This document shows positions 31,202-42,955 of a DNA stretch of 64,000 bases, in pieces. Under the pieces are notes generated by a model that searched no databases, had not been told where the DNA came from, and worked only from the letters and a program-made list of their open reading frames with translations. Position 1 is the first letter of the stretch. Each line of letters begins with the position of its first letter. Origin of the DNA: Alphaproteobacteria bacterium. Its GTDB lineage: Bacteria > Pseudomonadota > Alphaproteobacteria > UBA828. The DNA is taken from positions 1,696,001 through 1,760,000 of the forward strand of contig CBDCCI010000002.1 of NCBI GenBank assembly GCA_965214705.1, in the 5' to 3' direction. The translations under genes were made by a program, and so were the position numbers.

Positions 31202-32373
31202 GGGTCATCGCCTCCCTCGACCCCGAGCAGATCGAGGCGGCGCTGCAACGCTTCTCGATGCCGAGACTGAACCTTGGCCGCGCGATCGCGCTCGACGGAG
31301 AGCGCATTCGCGGCGCCAACCGCAACGGCGAGGGCCACCACGAGACCGCGACCCTGGTCGACCACGCAACCGGCGCGCCGCTCGCAAGCCTCGCCTTCAA
31401 CGACGCAGGCGGCGAGATCGCGGCCGTGTGCGCGCTGCTCGACGAGGTTCCCGTCGAAGGCCGCGTGATCACCATCGACGCGCTCCACACCAAGCCCGTT
31501 TCAAGATCTTCACACCAAGCCCGTTTCAAGATCTTCACACCACCCGCGACACCACCCGCGACACCACCCGCGACACCGCGCGCACCATCAAGGAAACCCA
31601 CGGCGCCGACTATCTCATGACGGTCAAGGAAAACGCGCCCGAGACCTGCGAGACCCTCGCCTCCATCGACTGGGAGCGCGACGCGAGCGGACACTTCGAG
31701 GAAGATGTCGCCAAGGCCCATGGCCGCATCGAGCAACGCCGCATCGAGACCCTGACCCCGCTTCCAGGCCTGATCAACTATCCTCATGTCGCGCAGATCT
31801 TCCGTGTCACCCGCAAGCGCACCGACGCACGGCGCAACGGCACAGGCGAGACCAGCATCGAGCACGCCTACGGCATCACCTCGGTGCCGGCAGAGCGCGC
31901 CTCGCCTCAGGACCTTCTCGCCTGGAACCGCGGCCACTGGTCGGTCGAGGTCAACCACCACGTCAGGGACAAGCTCTTCGCCGAGGACGCCTGCCTCGCG
32001 CGCACCGGCTTCGCGCCCGAGAACAACGCGCTCTGCACCAACATCGCGATCGCGCTCATCATCCACAAAACCGACTTCGACAGCGTCGCCTCGGCAACCC
32101 GCCACTTCGCGCTCCAGCGCGAGGACGCCTTCGCCGCGATCCTTTCCCCCTGAGCGCCACCACGCCGTCCGATCCGGACGGCAGACAATGGCGGTGTGCA
32201 ACCTCGTCACCGCTCAGCTGTCAGCACTGACGTTCATTGCGGCCAAGCCAACGTCTCGCCCGAACCGAGAGCCGTGAGCCTGCGAATCGGGCTATCGCGC
32301 GGGAGCCGCAACACCCGAAATCGCCCGAACGCGGCCCAGATCGTCCGCATTTGGGGAGCGTGGGATAGTCCTG
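31202..32373 (+). pseudogene. Second ISAs1-family transposase, 5'-truncated, with micro-tandem insertions
   Basis: IALDGERIRG, ITIDALHT, VKEN, HGRIEQR, RGHWSVE; right end GTGGGATAGTCCTG. Confidence 0.85.
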
Positions 32374-32629
32374 GACGATGCGCTGTCGGACCTTGCCGCC
32401 GTCGCGCACGCCCTCGACGAGTTGCACCGAGCGGCGCGGGCTGTTGGGGGTGGTCTTGATACGCACGAACATGGGGGAAGCATAGCGAGCGGCGGCGCCA
32501 TAGACAACTCAAAATAACTACTAGGCACAACAAGGCGGCTTGACCGCACCGTAACTGCCAAGTCATTGTCTTTACTGGAATCCCGAACCGGGATTCCAGC
32601 GTAAACTCGGCTCAACCGTCGAAGTCAGG
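32374..32629 (-). pseudogene. IS1634-family left end and N-terminal remnant
   Basis: CCTGACTTCGAC end; MFVRIKTTPNSPRRSVQLVEGVRDGGKVRQRIV. Confidence 0.75.
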
Positions 32630-32692
32630 AATACTCCTACTCGCCATCTCCATGCTCCATGTGGAGTTCCTTCGACCCTGGAGACAAGCTCA

Positions 32693-33979
32693 GTGGCACG
32701 ATTTCGAGAAGACCTCAGCGAATGGGCACTGCATTTTATTCACGACCACAATCCGGATACCGACCCCACGGACAACGAAATCGACTACGAATTCTACGGT
32801 GGCCTCCCCTACCACGAGAGTAAGGAAGTCAACGACCGCTTTGACGCGTGGAGAATCAGCGATGAATTCTATCCTATCGATCCCGACTCAGATGCCTTGC
32901 AGGTATTGCTGAAGATCATTGCCGATGGCCACATTAGGGCGAGCTGGGCTTTCAGAAACAATCGGCCCACAATTTATGGACCCCGGGCCGCAGTATGCTT
33001 CACGGAAATGCCACTATACGCGTTGCTTGATTATGCCAGCCAAAGGGAGAAACACGCCGTCGCACCTTATGCGATTGGACTCTACAAACAAGAGCTGTTC
33101 CGCGCTGGCGCGAGACCCGTCATTTATGGGCTGACCGGAAAACACGCCGAGCAAAGAGATGGCTCGGTATCCTCCAGGTCATGGCCAAGAAAACTCACGC
33201 TGTCATGTGGGCTCGCCGAATCCGAACAATACCGCTATGTCGCAATGTCCTCCGATCCCATGCGAGCAATCAACTGGTCCCATGAGCGGGAATGGCGATG
33301 GGCCGATCACCAGGATCGATGTTCCTGCCCCGGAGTGCCAATTTGGCTGTCCGACGAGCCTACTTGGTTCACGCGTGTATTCATTGTGGTGCCGAATTCC
33401 GTAGCCATGGACCGCGTACTGAACAGACTGAAGGAGCTTCACGACGCGGGAGCGAATGACGCGGACCACGCGTTCTCGAGAAAAATGCTGCGTTCGACCG
33501 CAGTAGTCGCACTGGATCGTCTGGAACAGGGGATTGGAGACAAACCAATCAATCAATTGCGTCTCGACGACATCTCGCCGTCATATATGCAAGTCTTCGA
33601 GCGGCCGCCTGCATCCCGCGAATTGTTGAAGAAGGCAAGCAATGTCCTGAAGGAGGCGAGAATTTCGGCCGACCAAGCGGGCGCCACCCATTACGAGTCG
33701 GCCCCAAGAACGAAAGACGGCCACCACATCGCGGATGTTGCCGGCTGGGCTCACCTTGTCATCCATGACGGCCAAACTCCCTTGATCTCCGCACTCTTGG
33801 AGTTGAACGAAATCTATTCCGTTCCCGGGGAAGGATATTACTTTCGCAATGTCGGTGGCCTTGGCTGGAAAGACCACCAGGCACTCTCGCTAGCTGAGGC
33901 CGCTGTACGCGCCGCCATGGAAGTCTTCGAGAAACACTTTCCAGAGACCTCGTTCAGCATGACGACAAGATGGGACTGA
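32693..33979 (+). CDS. DUF4427/AbiGi-like protein, candidate defence gene (428 aa, lower GC)
   Basis: REDLSEWALHF, ASWAFRNNRPTIYGPRAAVCFTEMP, GARPVIYGL, EQYRYV, NWSHEREWRW. Confidence 0.7.
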   Translation: MARFREDLSEWALHFIHDHNPDTDPTDNEIDYEFYGGLPYHESKEVNDRFDAWRISDEFYPIDPDSDALQVLLKIIADGHIRASWAFRNNRPTIYGPRAAVCFTEMPLYALLDYASQREKHAVAPYAIGLYKQELFRAGARPVIYGLTGKHAEQRDGSVSSRSWPRKLTLSCGLAESEQYRYVAMSSDPMRAINWSHEREWRWADHQDRCSCPGVPIWLSDEPTWFTRVFIVVPNSVAMDRVLNRLKELHDAGANDADHAFSRKMLRSTAVVALDRLEQGIGDKPINQLRLDDISPSYMQVFERPPASRELLKKASNVLKEARISADQAGATHYESAPRTKDGHHIADVAGWAHLVIHDGQTPLISALLELNEIYSVPGEGYYFRNVGGLGWKDHQALSLAEAAVRAAMEVFEKHFPETSFSMTTRWD

Positions 33980-34113
33980 TGCTGTTGTACGTCGCGGCGT
34001 AGCTATTCGCGAAGAGGCTTCTCCCTTTGATTCCAGTTACGAAAGATGTTGGGGGCAGTTTGCGAATGGGGTGGACGAGGCGCGGGGCTCTTGGTCCTGG
34101 CAAGGCGCCGTCA

Positions 34114-35334
34114 TACCAAACGCAAATCATATGAACCGATACGGTGAGGCATCGGGATCAGCATGATGGCGCGACGGCCCAGTTGCGCCGGGTCGTTTTC
34201 GTGATGACGTCGGGCTGGTCGGTCAGCCATTGCCACCCCGCCCAGCAGGCCTCCTTCAGGGCAGCCACATCCTTGAACACGCGGTTGGCGAAGCGGTTCG
34301 ATTTCAGGAACAGAATGATCTGCTCCATCGGATTGAGTTCCGGACTGTAGGGCGGCAGATGCAGGAGCGTCAGGTTGGGTGGCACAACCAGATCGCCCGA
34401 GCGATGCCAGCCTGCGCCGTCCAGCACGATCACCCCGTGCGTACCCGGCGCCACGGCCGCGCCGATCGCCGCCAGATGCTCGTTCATCGACGCCGTGTTC
34501 GCCCTGTCCGCCACATGGGCGATGCCGACGCCGCGCTGTGCGCAGGTGGCGCCGAACAGATAGACGTAGCCATAGCGATGGTCGCGCACGATGCGCGGAC
34601 GCTGCTTCCCATGCGCCCACACCCGCGTCGTCATCCCCTTCTGGCCGACGCGCGCTTCGTCCTGGAACCAGATCTCGATCGGACCCGCCAGCGCCTCAGG
34701 GCTGAGCATCGACGCCAACGTTGCCTCGAAGTCCGTCACGAACTCCTTCTGCCGCTCTTGATCGGCTTTGGGGTGGACCGGTCGTCCCGAGACAAAGCGA
34801 AACCCGGCCCTCCGGAGCATCATACGGGCGCCGCTCTCCGTATAGATGACCCCGAAGGCCTCCTCGATTTTCCCGACGATGTCCTGAACCCGCCAGCGCG
34901 TCACCCCGTCCCGCTCAAGATCGGGACCCGCCTTGAGCCACGCGCCGACCTCGGCGATTTGCGCCTCCGTCAACCGGCCCTCGCTCCCGCCGCGAGGACG
35001 ATCCGCAAGGCCGTCGAAGCCCTCCGCGTTGTAGCGCAACACCCAGTCGCGCAGGATTTGAAGCTCCATGCCCTGCGCCCGCGCCGCCTCCGTACGAGAC
35101 GCGCCATCCATGATCATCGCGATCGCACGCGCGCGCGAGGCTTGCTTGGCGTCCCCGCACTGCTTTGCCAGCTCATGGACCTCGTCCGCCGTGTGTTCCG
35201 TCCAGGTTATCGGCGTTGCCGCACTCATCGTCCTCCTCCGGCGCTGGTGAGTCGATCACCACAGTCTATGGAGGTGGTCCAGCTCGTCACCACAACATAT
35301 TGGGCCGGTGAGTCAATTTGGAACGCGCTTGGTA
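34114..35334 (-). mobile_element. IS630-family element, transposase 34158-35228 intact
   Basis: WFQDEAR, VLDGAGWH, LPPYSPELNPME; ends TACCAA..TTGGTA flanked by TCA/TCA. Confidence 0.93.
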
Positions 35335-35769
35335 TCAGATGCCGTCTGGCGAGCTGGGGAGCCGCTGTGGCGGCGCTGATCGGATTGGCTTGGCGAACGG
35401 CGGCGAGCGGCCGCTGAGATCAGGCGCGTTGTTTGACGATGTCGCGGTAGCTGGCGGGTGGCACTCGGGTGCCGATGGCAAGCAGGGTATCGAAACAAAG
35501 GGAATTATATACCAACGCAGGACCAATTTTTTGTCGTCATCAAGTGCCAAGAATCAGTGCGGAGTGGCCGCCTGCGAGGTTGGTGCTACCTCCATGAGGC
35601 CCAAACCGGCGCTCAGACAACAAAATGCGTCCCAAAATGGGTCGCTGAATACGCCCACGCCGCGCCTTGTCGGACAAAAAACGAGCCCTGTATACCAACG
35701 TTGACGGCGACCAGTTAGCCCGCTAGCCTGTCGCGCGTACCCACTTGCGCACTGCGTGAATCGGGAGGG

Positions 35770-36528
35770 TTGGCGATGGGACGGGTTTCCCTGTGGGCGA
35801 TTATGGCGCTCGCAATTGCCTTAGTGCCTGGAATTGCGAAAGCGGATGCCGTCGACTGCAAATTGTCGGAGGTGACGAGTCTCCTGGACGAGGCGAAACA
35901 AATCACAAGCAAAGTAAAACGTGGCAATTATTTAAGTCCTTTTGACGAAATCAAAGCCGATTATGTCTACAATATGGGTATCAATTGTTACAAGGCCGGG
36001 AAAAGACCAGAGGCGCGCTCGTTGTTTAGAAGCCTGCATTTAATAGACAGAATCGATTCAAACTATATGGCTCTGAGGATAGATCTCGAGGACGAAAATA
36101 TGGCTCTGGGCACCAACATTCGTCTTGCCATACTTCACCACATGGCGGAGGCGGGATATGGGCCGGCCCAACAGTATTTGGGTGCTGTTTACTGCGGCCT
36201 CGCCCCCCTGGCTCGCCCTGTCTCCCAAGACTTCCCCGAATGCGCGAGGTGGCTCAAGAAAGCTGCAGAGCTTGGGGAAACTTGGTCACAGGCATACTTG
36301 GCGGGCATGTATGCCATGGGGGAAGGAGTTCCGCAGCACCGCATTCGGGCATACGCTTGGGTGAGCATCGCCGTCGCCAATGGTTTCGACGGGATCGAGG
36401 CTCGTGACGAACTCGCCAGCATGCTGAGTGAGGCAGAACTTACCAAAGCTCAGGAGCTGTCCGCTGAGCTTTGGGAACAGATCCAAGATCGCAAGAACAA
36501 TCCAGCACCCAAGGGAGACACACCATGA
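35770..36528 (+). CDS. Secreted Sel1-repeat protein
   Basis: N-terminal signal peptide (AKA|D); AEAGYGPAQQYLG, WLKKAAELG..QAYLAGMYAMGEGVPQ..AYAW. Confidence 0.85.
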   Translation: MAMGRVSLWAIMALAIALVPGIAKADAVDCKLSEVTSLLDEAKQITSKVKRGNYLSPFDEIKADYVYNMGINCYKAGKRPEARSLFRSLHLIDRIDSNYMALRIDLEDENMALGTNIRLAILHHMAEAGYGPAQQYLGAVYCGLAPLARPVSQDFPECARWLKKAAELGETWSQAYLAGMYAMGEGVPQHRIRAYAWVSIAVANGFDGIEARDELASMLSEAELTKAQELSAELWEQIQDRKNNPAPKGDTP

Positions 36529-36543
36529 CAATCGAAACGGTGT

Positions 36544-37123
36544 GGTCCTGAACTCGATATTGTTGGGGTGCGTCAGGTAGTGGAGTAGGTCGTTTTCTCT
36601 CCTGCATATATGTTACATTACAGGTGATTGGGTCGTTTCGCAAGAGAATTGTGGCGGCTTTTATCTGATATAAAATTTTACGCTTCGAACCGATCGGTTG
36701 CAATCTGGGAAGTGAAGGCGTATGTCAGGGGTGGTGAGGCTGTCTGTGCGCAGAAACACACGATGGATATTCTTGTTGGTAGAGGGGGTAAGGCGGTGGG
36801 TGCTCGTGACGTATGCGGATGGGCAGTCCGTAACTGTTTTAAAGGCTTATCCCTCTGGCTCCGGTTCCCCAACATGTTGTACCGATCACCTCGGCGGCGG
36901 TATCCGACACGGTCGCAGTTCCTTCCGTGTCTCAACGGGTTGCCCGTAAAGTGCCCAGCGATCCGGCACCCCACATATGGAGAAGCCGGATGTAAGGGGA
37001 TAAGCCTTCTGTTTTATATGGTGTTATGAACTGTTTTATATGGTGTTATGCAGGTGTTTGCGGCACGAACGCGGGTCCTTCGAGGTTTGTCACGCAGTAT
37101 TGCACCGTCCCCGGGGTGCCCTC
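36544..37123. repeat. Second, diverged left end of the dual-recombinase element
   Basis: Colinear with 25120-25502; preceded by GAAACGGTGT (36534-36543). Confidence 0.88.
36842..37008. mobile_element. 167-bp MITE (8-bp TSD, possibly IS1595-type)
   Basis: IR AAGGCTTATCCC / GGGATAAGCCTT; TSD CTGTTTTA (36834-36841, 37009-37016); absent from the paralogous site near 25410. Confidence 0.9.
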
Positions 37124-37396
37124 ATGAGCAGCCGGCCGGCGGAGCGCCGCAAACAGCACGCGGTGATGACGACGGCAAGCGAATGGGCGCGAATCCGCGA
37201 ACTCGCTGCCGACGCAGGCATGGATCTCTCGCGCTACATCGTGCACAGGGCGAGCGCGCCGGACCCGCTGCCGGGTGCCGTTCTGCGCCGCGCGGTGCGC
37301 GAGCTTCTGCTGCTCGCCAGGATCGAGCAACAGCGCATGGCCGACATGGGGCTGGAGGAGCGCTGGAACGCGCTTGGCGATGCCGTCGATGCCTAG
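37124..37396 (+). pseudogene. RHH (MobC-like) paralogue, 3'-truncated
   Basis: Near-identical to the 25503 protein up to DAVDA*. Confidence 0.6.
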
Positions 37397-37770
37397 GAGG
37401 ATGCCCTCTCGCGGCCGAGCGCACGATCGCCTCTCGTATACGCCCTTCGGAGCAAGGGATCGGTGAGCCGTCCCACGCGCTGGGCAGCTCTCGGTGCCAT
37501 CGCGCCTGCTTGCGATCATTGACGAAGCCGCATTGCGGGAGGGGGTATCCCGCTCCGGACTCATCGCCTGCGCGGCACTCAGTTTCGTGGAACGGCGGGC
37601 GAGGGAGCGATAGAAGCGCGTGCGTTCGCCGGAGCGGGGTTGTCCGGCGGCCCGCTTCGGACCTCCCGCCACAGACGGAGGGCCAGGTCGAACTCGCCAT
37701 CGACGAGCGCGACCGCGGCGCGCAGGGTGTTGTTCGGCGTGCAACTTGGACCCCCCAGTATCGAGCCGCT

Positions 37771-38727
37771 TCAATGGCTTATCGCGCCGATCAGCGCGCA
37801 ATCCACGCGCCGAACAACAATGGTATCGGCGTCGGCCTTGATGCCCCGGTGGCGGAGCGCCGCCAGGTGCTCCGGGTCGCGCTCGCCGTCGACGATCGCG
37901 CGCAGGATGCGCTGGCCGGTCAGCCCCACGATGTTGGCGATCACCGAATCAAGCCTGACGTTCATCTCGGTCAGCGCCTTCTGCATGTGCAGGACGCAGC
38001 GGGAGCGGTCCTCGGTCAGCCGCCTCATCTGGCGTGCGTAGGAGCGCAGCGGGCAAACCTCGTCGCCCGGACGGAACGCGCCACGCAGCAGCCCGTAGGA
38101 CATCAGCTGCCAGATCCACTGGCAGTCCAGCACGTCGCTCTTGCGCCCGCCGATCTGCTTCGTCATGCGCGGCGGCACGAGCATCACCTCGAAGCCCGCG
38201 CGCTCCAGCGTCTCGTAGACCGGGATCCAGTAAACCGAGGTCGACTCCATCGCCACCTTCGTCACCCCGCACGACGCCAGCCACGCCGCCATCGCCTCCA
38301 GATCGCGGGTGAAGGAGCCGAACGAACGCACCGGCTCATCGCTGCGTTCCGGGTCGACTGCCACGAAGTGCCGATCCTTGCCGATGTCGATCCCTGCGCA
38401 GTCCGGGTTCACCACCCTGAGGCGCCGGGTTCTGCGAGACTTGCGCGCCATGGAACATCCTCCCGCCTTTCGTCTCCGCCGCGGGCGGGGAGGAACCATG
38501 GTCGAAGTCCCATTCTCTTGAACGAGGTCGCGGGAAACCCGCGCCATCGGTGACCGGCGGCGACTATATGGTTCGGGCCAAGCTTAACAGCGGGTGCCGC
38601 TACAGCACGCCAGTGCGCGAACGGCCTCTTCACCCCACCCGCGGCCAGTTCACGACCGAGCCGTCGCAGACACAAGCCCCCGTTACTCCCCGCGACCGAG
38701 CCGGAGCGACGCACAGGTGGAGGCTTA
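37771..38727 (-). pseudogene. IS110-family element, 3'-truncated; transposase starts at 38451 with ~275-bp left non-coding end
   Basis: CAGIDIGK, VAMESTSVYWIPVY, GRKSDVLDCQW; homology lost after KADADTI. Confidence 0.88.
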
Positions 38728-38728
38728 A

Positions 38729-38880
38729 CAGCACCGCTGGAAGCCGCGCACCCTGAAGGTGAACCGCGACTACCTCCATCTGCAGATCCTGCCCTTTTTC
38801 GCGGGCAGGCCCATCGGAGAGATAACCTAGGAGGACGTGCGGGCCTGGTTCCGTGGGCTGCACGCGGCGCCCGCCGCAAC
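38729..38880 (+). pseudogene. Fragment of a third paralogue of integrase A
   Basis: HRWKPRTLKVNRDYLHLQILPFFAGRPIGEIT*EDVRAWF aligns with 44742-45866. Confidence 0.75.
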
Positions 38881-38994
38881 GAGTTTGGCCACAGCCAACC
38901 CCCATCCACTTGACTTACATCGGTTTCCCATCAGGACACAGATTCTCTGTAGCACAAAGAGTCGTCTTCTGCCAAGATCGCAGAGTTAAGTCTT

Positions 38995-39962
38995 ATGAGC
39001 TTCAGCTTTGGAGTTAGAGACGTGTCTAGTGCATACTCCGTCGCCAACACCATCAAGGTGGCCAGTCACCGCAGTTTTCGCAACTTCTATCAAGCGGCTT
39101 GCTACCTTCAGGGCAAAGAACATTCCCCTTTCGGGACGCTCAAGGTAAAGGAGACTTCGATAAGCTACACGCGAAAGATTATGCGTGAGACAGGTATGAC
39201 ACTGGCTCAAGTGGAAGAGTGGGCCGCTAGCAGAATGCAGTAGTGCATTTTGGAGGTCCGCACTAGCCTGTATCGGTTTCAGATAAAGACTTCCTACTGA
39301 ACAATTTTCGATGGGACAACTGTTGGAACGTATGAAATGACGGTATGATCGCAAGACACTATCCCTACTCCGCCAAATCGCAAAGGTGATGGATGTGGTG
39401 CCGTCTAAACCCTCGAAGGCGTCCCAGCCTAAGAGCGACGACGATCCAGATATCGAAGATGGCGAAGCATCTGATCTTGACCAAATTGACGCCAATCAGA
39501 GAGACCAAGAAGCCAGAAAGTCTTCGAGAAATTCTCGTCCATGAGATGGTGCCTCCTGGATGGGAGCTTGCCCATGAGCTCTCTCCCCGTGGGTTGAGCC
39601 AGCGCGCGACCACCGCGCGCTTCCAAGGCCGGCTCCGTTGCTGCGGAGCCGACCCCACTTCTGACATGTGGTGAAGACCAAAGTCAAGGTGGCGTAGAAT
39701 GGTCGGAGAAGCCTGGAAGAACGTCGTGACTCACAAGCGTTTTTGCGCTGATATTCAAGGTCTGGTGAACAAAGCGCAAGCTATCGGTGATCCATCAGAA
39801 CAAGAATTGAATAAGGCGCTTGAACGTGTGAAATCACGAGAGCTTATTCGTGCGCAGAATGCTACAGTTGATCTTGGTCGAGTGAAAGGTCTCTGTTCAG
39901 ATGAACAGTTGCGCAAGCAGATCGAGACTATTGGGCGCGAACTTGATACGGTGGTCTATTAG
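38995..39962 (+). other. Low-GC patch with short hypothetical ORFs (38995-39243, 39699-39962)
   Basis: Composition shift only; no motif recognised. Confidence 0.35.
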
Positions 39963-39969
39963 GAACTAA

Positions 39970-40901
39970 GTGTCCGGCCCGAAACGAATTGAGTGATTTC
40001 AGTTGGTTATGCTTCACTGGTTGTGTCCGAGCAATCAGCGAGGCACAAGATGTGGACTGAAATCACTCGACCGAAGTATGACCGTACGGGGCTTCGTTAC
40101 GCAAGCGATCTGACCGATGCCGAATGGCGCGTGATCGAACCGCATATGCCGGCGCCGCAGGCTCTGGGCCGGCCGCGGACGACGGACCTGCGGGAGGTGG
40201 TAAACGCCATCCTGTATGTCTTGCGCTCGGGCTGCCCCTGGCGGTTGCTGCCGAAGGACTTTCCGCCGCGTTCGACGGTGCAGCGCTATTTCGCCGCGTG
40301 GCGGGACGACGAGCGGTGGGCGCGCATCAATCACCATCTCCTGATGGCGGCCCGCGAGGCCGAGGGGCGCGAGGCCAGCCCATCGGCCGGCGTCATCGAC
40401 AGCCAGTCGGTCAAGACCACGGAAAGTGGCGGTCCACGGGGCTTTGACGCGGGCAAGAAGATCAAGGGCCGCAAGCGCCACATCCTCACCGACACCGGCG
40501 GTCTGCTGGTTGCCGCTCAGGTCCACGCCGCCAACATCCAGGATCGCGACGGCGCCCCCTCGGTGCTCGCGTCCATCCGCCACGCCTTCCCCTGGCTGCG
40601 TCGCGTCTTCGCCGACGGCGCCTATGCCGGCCCCAAGCTCGCGGCGGCTTTGCAGCGGATCGGTCGGTGGACCCTGGAGATTGTCAAACGCCCGCACGGC
40701 GCACGAGGTTTCGACGTCCTGCCGCGCCGCTGGGTGGTCGAGCGCACCCTGGCTTGGTTGAACCGCAATCGACGGCTCGCCAAGGACTTCGAGGCCAGCG
40801 TCGCCACTGCCCAAGCGTGGCTCTTCATCGCCAGCGTTCAAGCTCCTTACCAGAAGACTGGTAAGATATCGCAAATCAATACCTTATTATGGGCCAGACT
40901 C
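39970..40901 (+). mobile_element. IS5-family (IS1031-like) element, transposase from 40050
   Basis: YASDLTDAEW, IDSQSVKT, GFDAGKKIKGRKRH, FADGAY, PRRWVVERT; TAA TSD. Confidence 0.92.
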
Positions 40902-40922
40902 TAAAGTAGCTAAAGGCAGAAT

Positions 40923-42588
40923 GTAACTGCCCAGGTTGTCTGATTTGTCATTTTGGGCCAGTGAGTTGAGGTGCGGTTCGCTCGGAATTGACGCGAAGGG
41001 CTTGACGGGAGTTTCGGAAAATGACTCAACAACGACATGACCAATCCCGAGTCGCCGCGCGGCCCTTCGACGGGGGCACAGCCCGAAAGTTCCGAGCAGA
41101 AGATCGCTCGCCTGGAGGAGGAGAACGCCTGGCTTCGGCAGCAGAATGCGCGGCTGGAGGAACAAAACACGCGTCTTGTCGAGCGTATCGAGGAGTTGGA
41201 ACGCCGTCTCGGACTGAGCAGTCGCAACAGCGCCAAGCCGCCGTCGAGCGATGGGTTGAAGAAGCCGAGGGCCAAGCGGCGAACCCAAAGCCAGCGGGGC
41301 AAATCGGGGCGCAAGCCGGGCGGTCAGCCCGGCCACAAGGGCGAGACGTTGCGCCGCACGGATCACCCGGACCGGGTGGAGAACCACGTTCCGGCTGCCT
41401 GCGAGGGATGCGGTTCGTCCCTGTCGGCGGCGGCCACGGCAGGGGTGTCGCACGCCCGCCAAGTCTTCGACCTGCCCGAGGCGCGTGCGCTGGAGGTGAC
41501 CGAGCACCGGGCGCATGCCAAGTGCTGCGGGCATTGCGGGACGGTGACGCGGGCGGCGTTCCCCGAGGGGGTGTCGGCGCCGGTGCAGTACGGGTCGCGC
41601 ATTGCCGGAGTGGCGGTCTACCTTCAGCACGCCCACTTCCTGCCGGAGGACCGGCTGTCGCAGGTGATGGCGGAGCTGTTCGGCGCGCCGGTGACGGCTG
41701 CGACGCTGGCGGCGATGAGCGACCGGGCGGCCGATCGGCTGCGGGGAGTTGCCACCCACATACAGGAGCTTGCGGCGGGCACGGCGCGGGTGAAGCACCT
41801 CGACGAGACCGGGTTGCGGATTGGCGGGCAAACGCAGTGGCTCCATGTGATCTGCACGCCGCATCTGGCGGCATTCCGGGTCAGCGCCAGGCGCGGCGAC
41901 CTGCTCTCGGGTGTTTCCGGCATCGTCGTTCACGATCACTGGAAGCCGTACTTCACGTTGGAGGGGGTGGAGCACGGCTTGTGCAACGCCCACCACCTGC
42001 GGGAGTTGCAGGCGCTGGTGGACATCGAAGGGGAAGGCTGGGCCGGATGCATGCAGCAGCTCCTGCGCCGGGCCAATCGCGCCGCCCGGATCGCGCAGGA
42101 CAAGGATATCGCCGTTCCGGCGAGGCTTGTGGCGCTGATCGAGCGCCGCTACGACAGGATCGTCGCCGAGGCGCTGGCCTTCCACGAGAGCCAGCCGCCG
42201 CTCTCGCCTCCCAAGCCCGGAAAGCGGGGACGCAGGAAGCGGCGGATCGGCCACAACCTCGCCCTGCGCCTGCGCGATCGAAAATGCGCGGTTCTCCGCT
42301 TCCTGACCGACCCCGAAGTGGCGTTCACCAACAACGAGGCCGAGCGCGACCTGCGGATGATGAAGCTGCGCCAGAAGATCTCCGGCGGCTTCCGATCCGC
42401 AAAGGGGGCCGAGAACTTCGCCATCCTGCGCAGCGTGATCACCACCGCCAGAAAGCAGGGCTGGAACATCATCGAAGCCCTGATGAGCCCATCGGATCGG
42501 CTCATCGCCACCGTCAAGTGCGCGTGAGCCTACCGGGCAAGAACTCCCCAACACCGGAATCACCTCAGTAAGCGACCTGGGCAGTTAC
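40923..42588 (+). mobile_element. IS66-family single-ORF (ISBst12-like) element, transposase 41037-42527
   Basis: IRs GTAACTGCCCAGGT / ACCTGGGCAGTTAC; NSAKPPSSD, GGQPGHKG, DETG, HDHW, CNAHHLREL, TNNEAERDLR. No TSD. Confidence 0.93.
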
Positions 42589-42619
42589 TTCCGGTCATCG
42601 GTTTCTCTCCCTCAGTAGT

Positions 42620-42945
42620 CCTGACTTCGACGGTTGAGCCGAGTTTTCGCTGGAATCCCGGTACGGGATTCCAATAAAGACAATGACTTGGCAAGTGCGG
42701 CGCGGTCAAGACGCTTTGTTGTGCCTAGTATGTATTGTGGGTTGTCCATGGCGCCGCCGCTCGCTATGCTTCCCCATGTTCGTGCGCATCAAGACCACCC
42801 CCAACAGCCCGCGCCGCTCGGTGCAACTCGTCGAGGGCGTGCGCGACGGCGGCAAGGTCCGCCAGCGCATCGTCCGCCACATCGGCGTGGCCATGGACGA
42901 GGACGAGCGCCTGGGGCAACTCGGCGAGTACGTCAAGGCGAAGCT
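42620..42945 (+). pseudogene. IS1634-family left end and N-terminal remnant (second)
   Basis: Inverted, diverged paralogue of 32374-32629. Confidence 0.75.
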
Positions 42946-42955
42946 GACCTCCCTC

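Noticed and set aside
31485-31580. Possible mini-CRISPR
   Set aside because: Repeats are head-to-tail with no unique spacers and lie inside a transposase.
37480-37613. Short RHH/HicB-like reading frame (LSVPSRLLAIIDEAALREGVSRSGLIA)
   Set aside because: No start codon or partner toxin found; too fragmentary to call.
32374-42945. Composite unit bounded by inverted IS1634 left ends
   Set aside because: The ends face outward from the enclosed DNA, are diverged, are truncated at different points and have no TSD.
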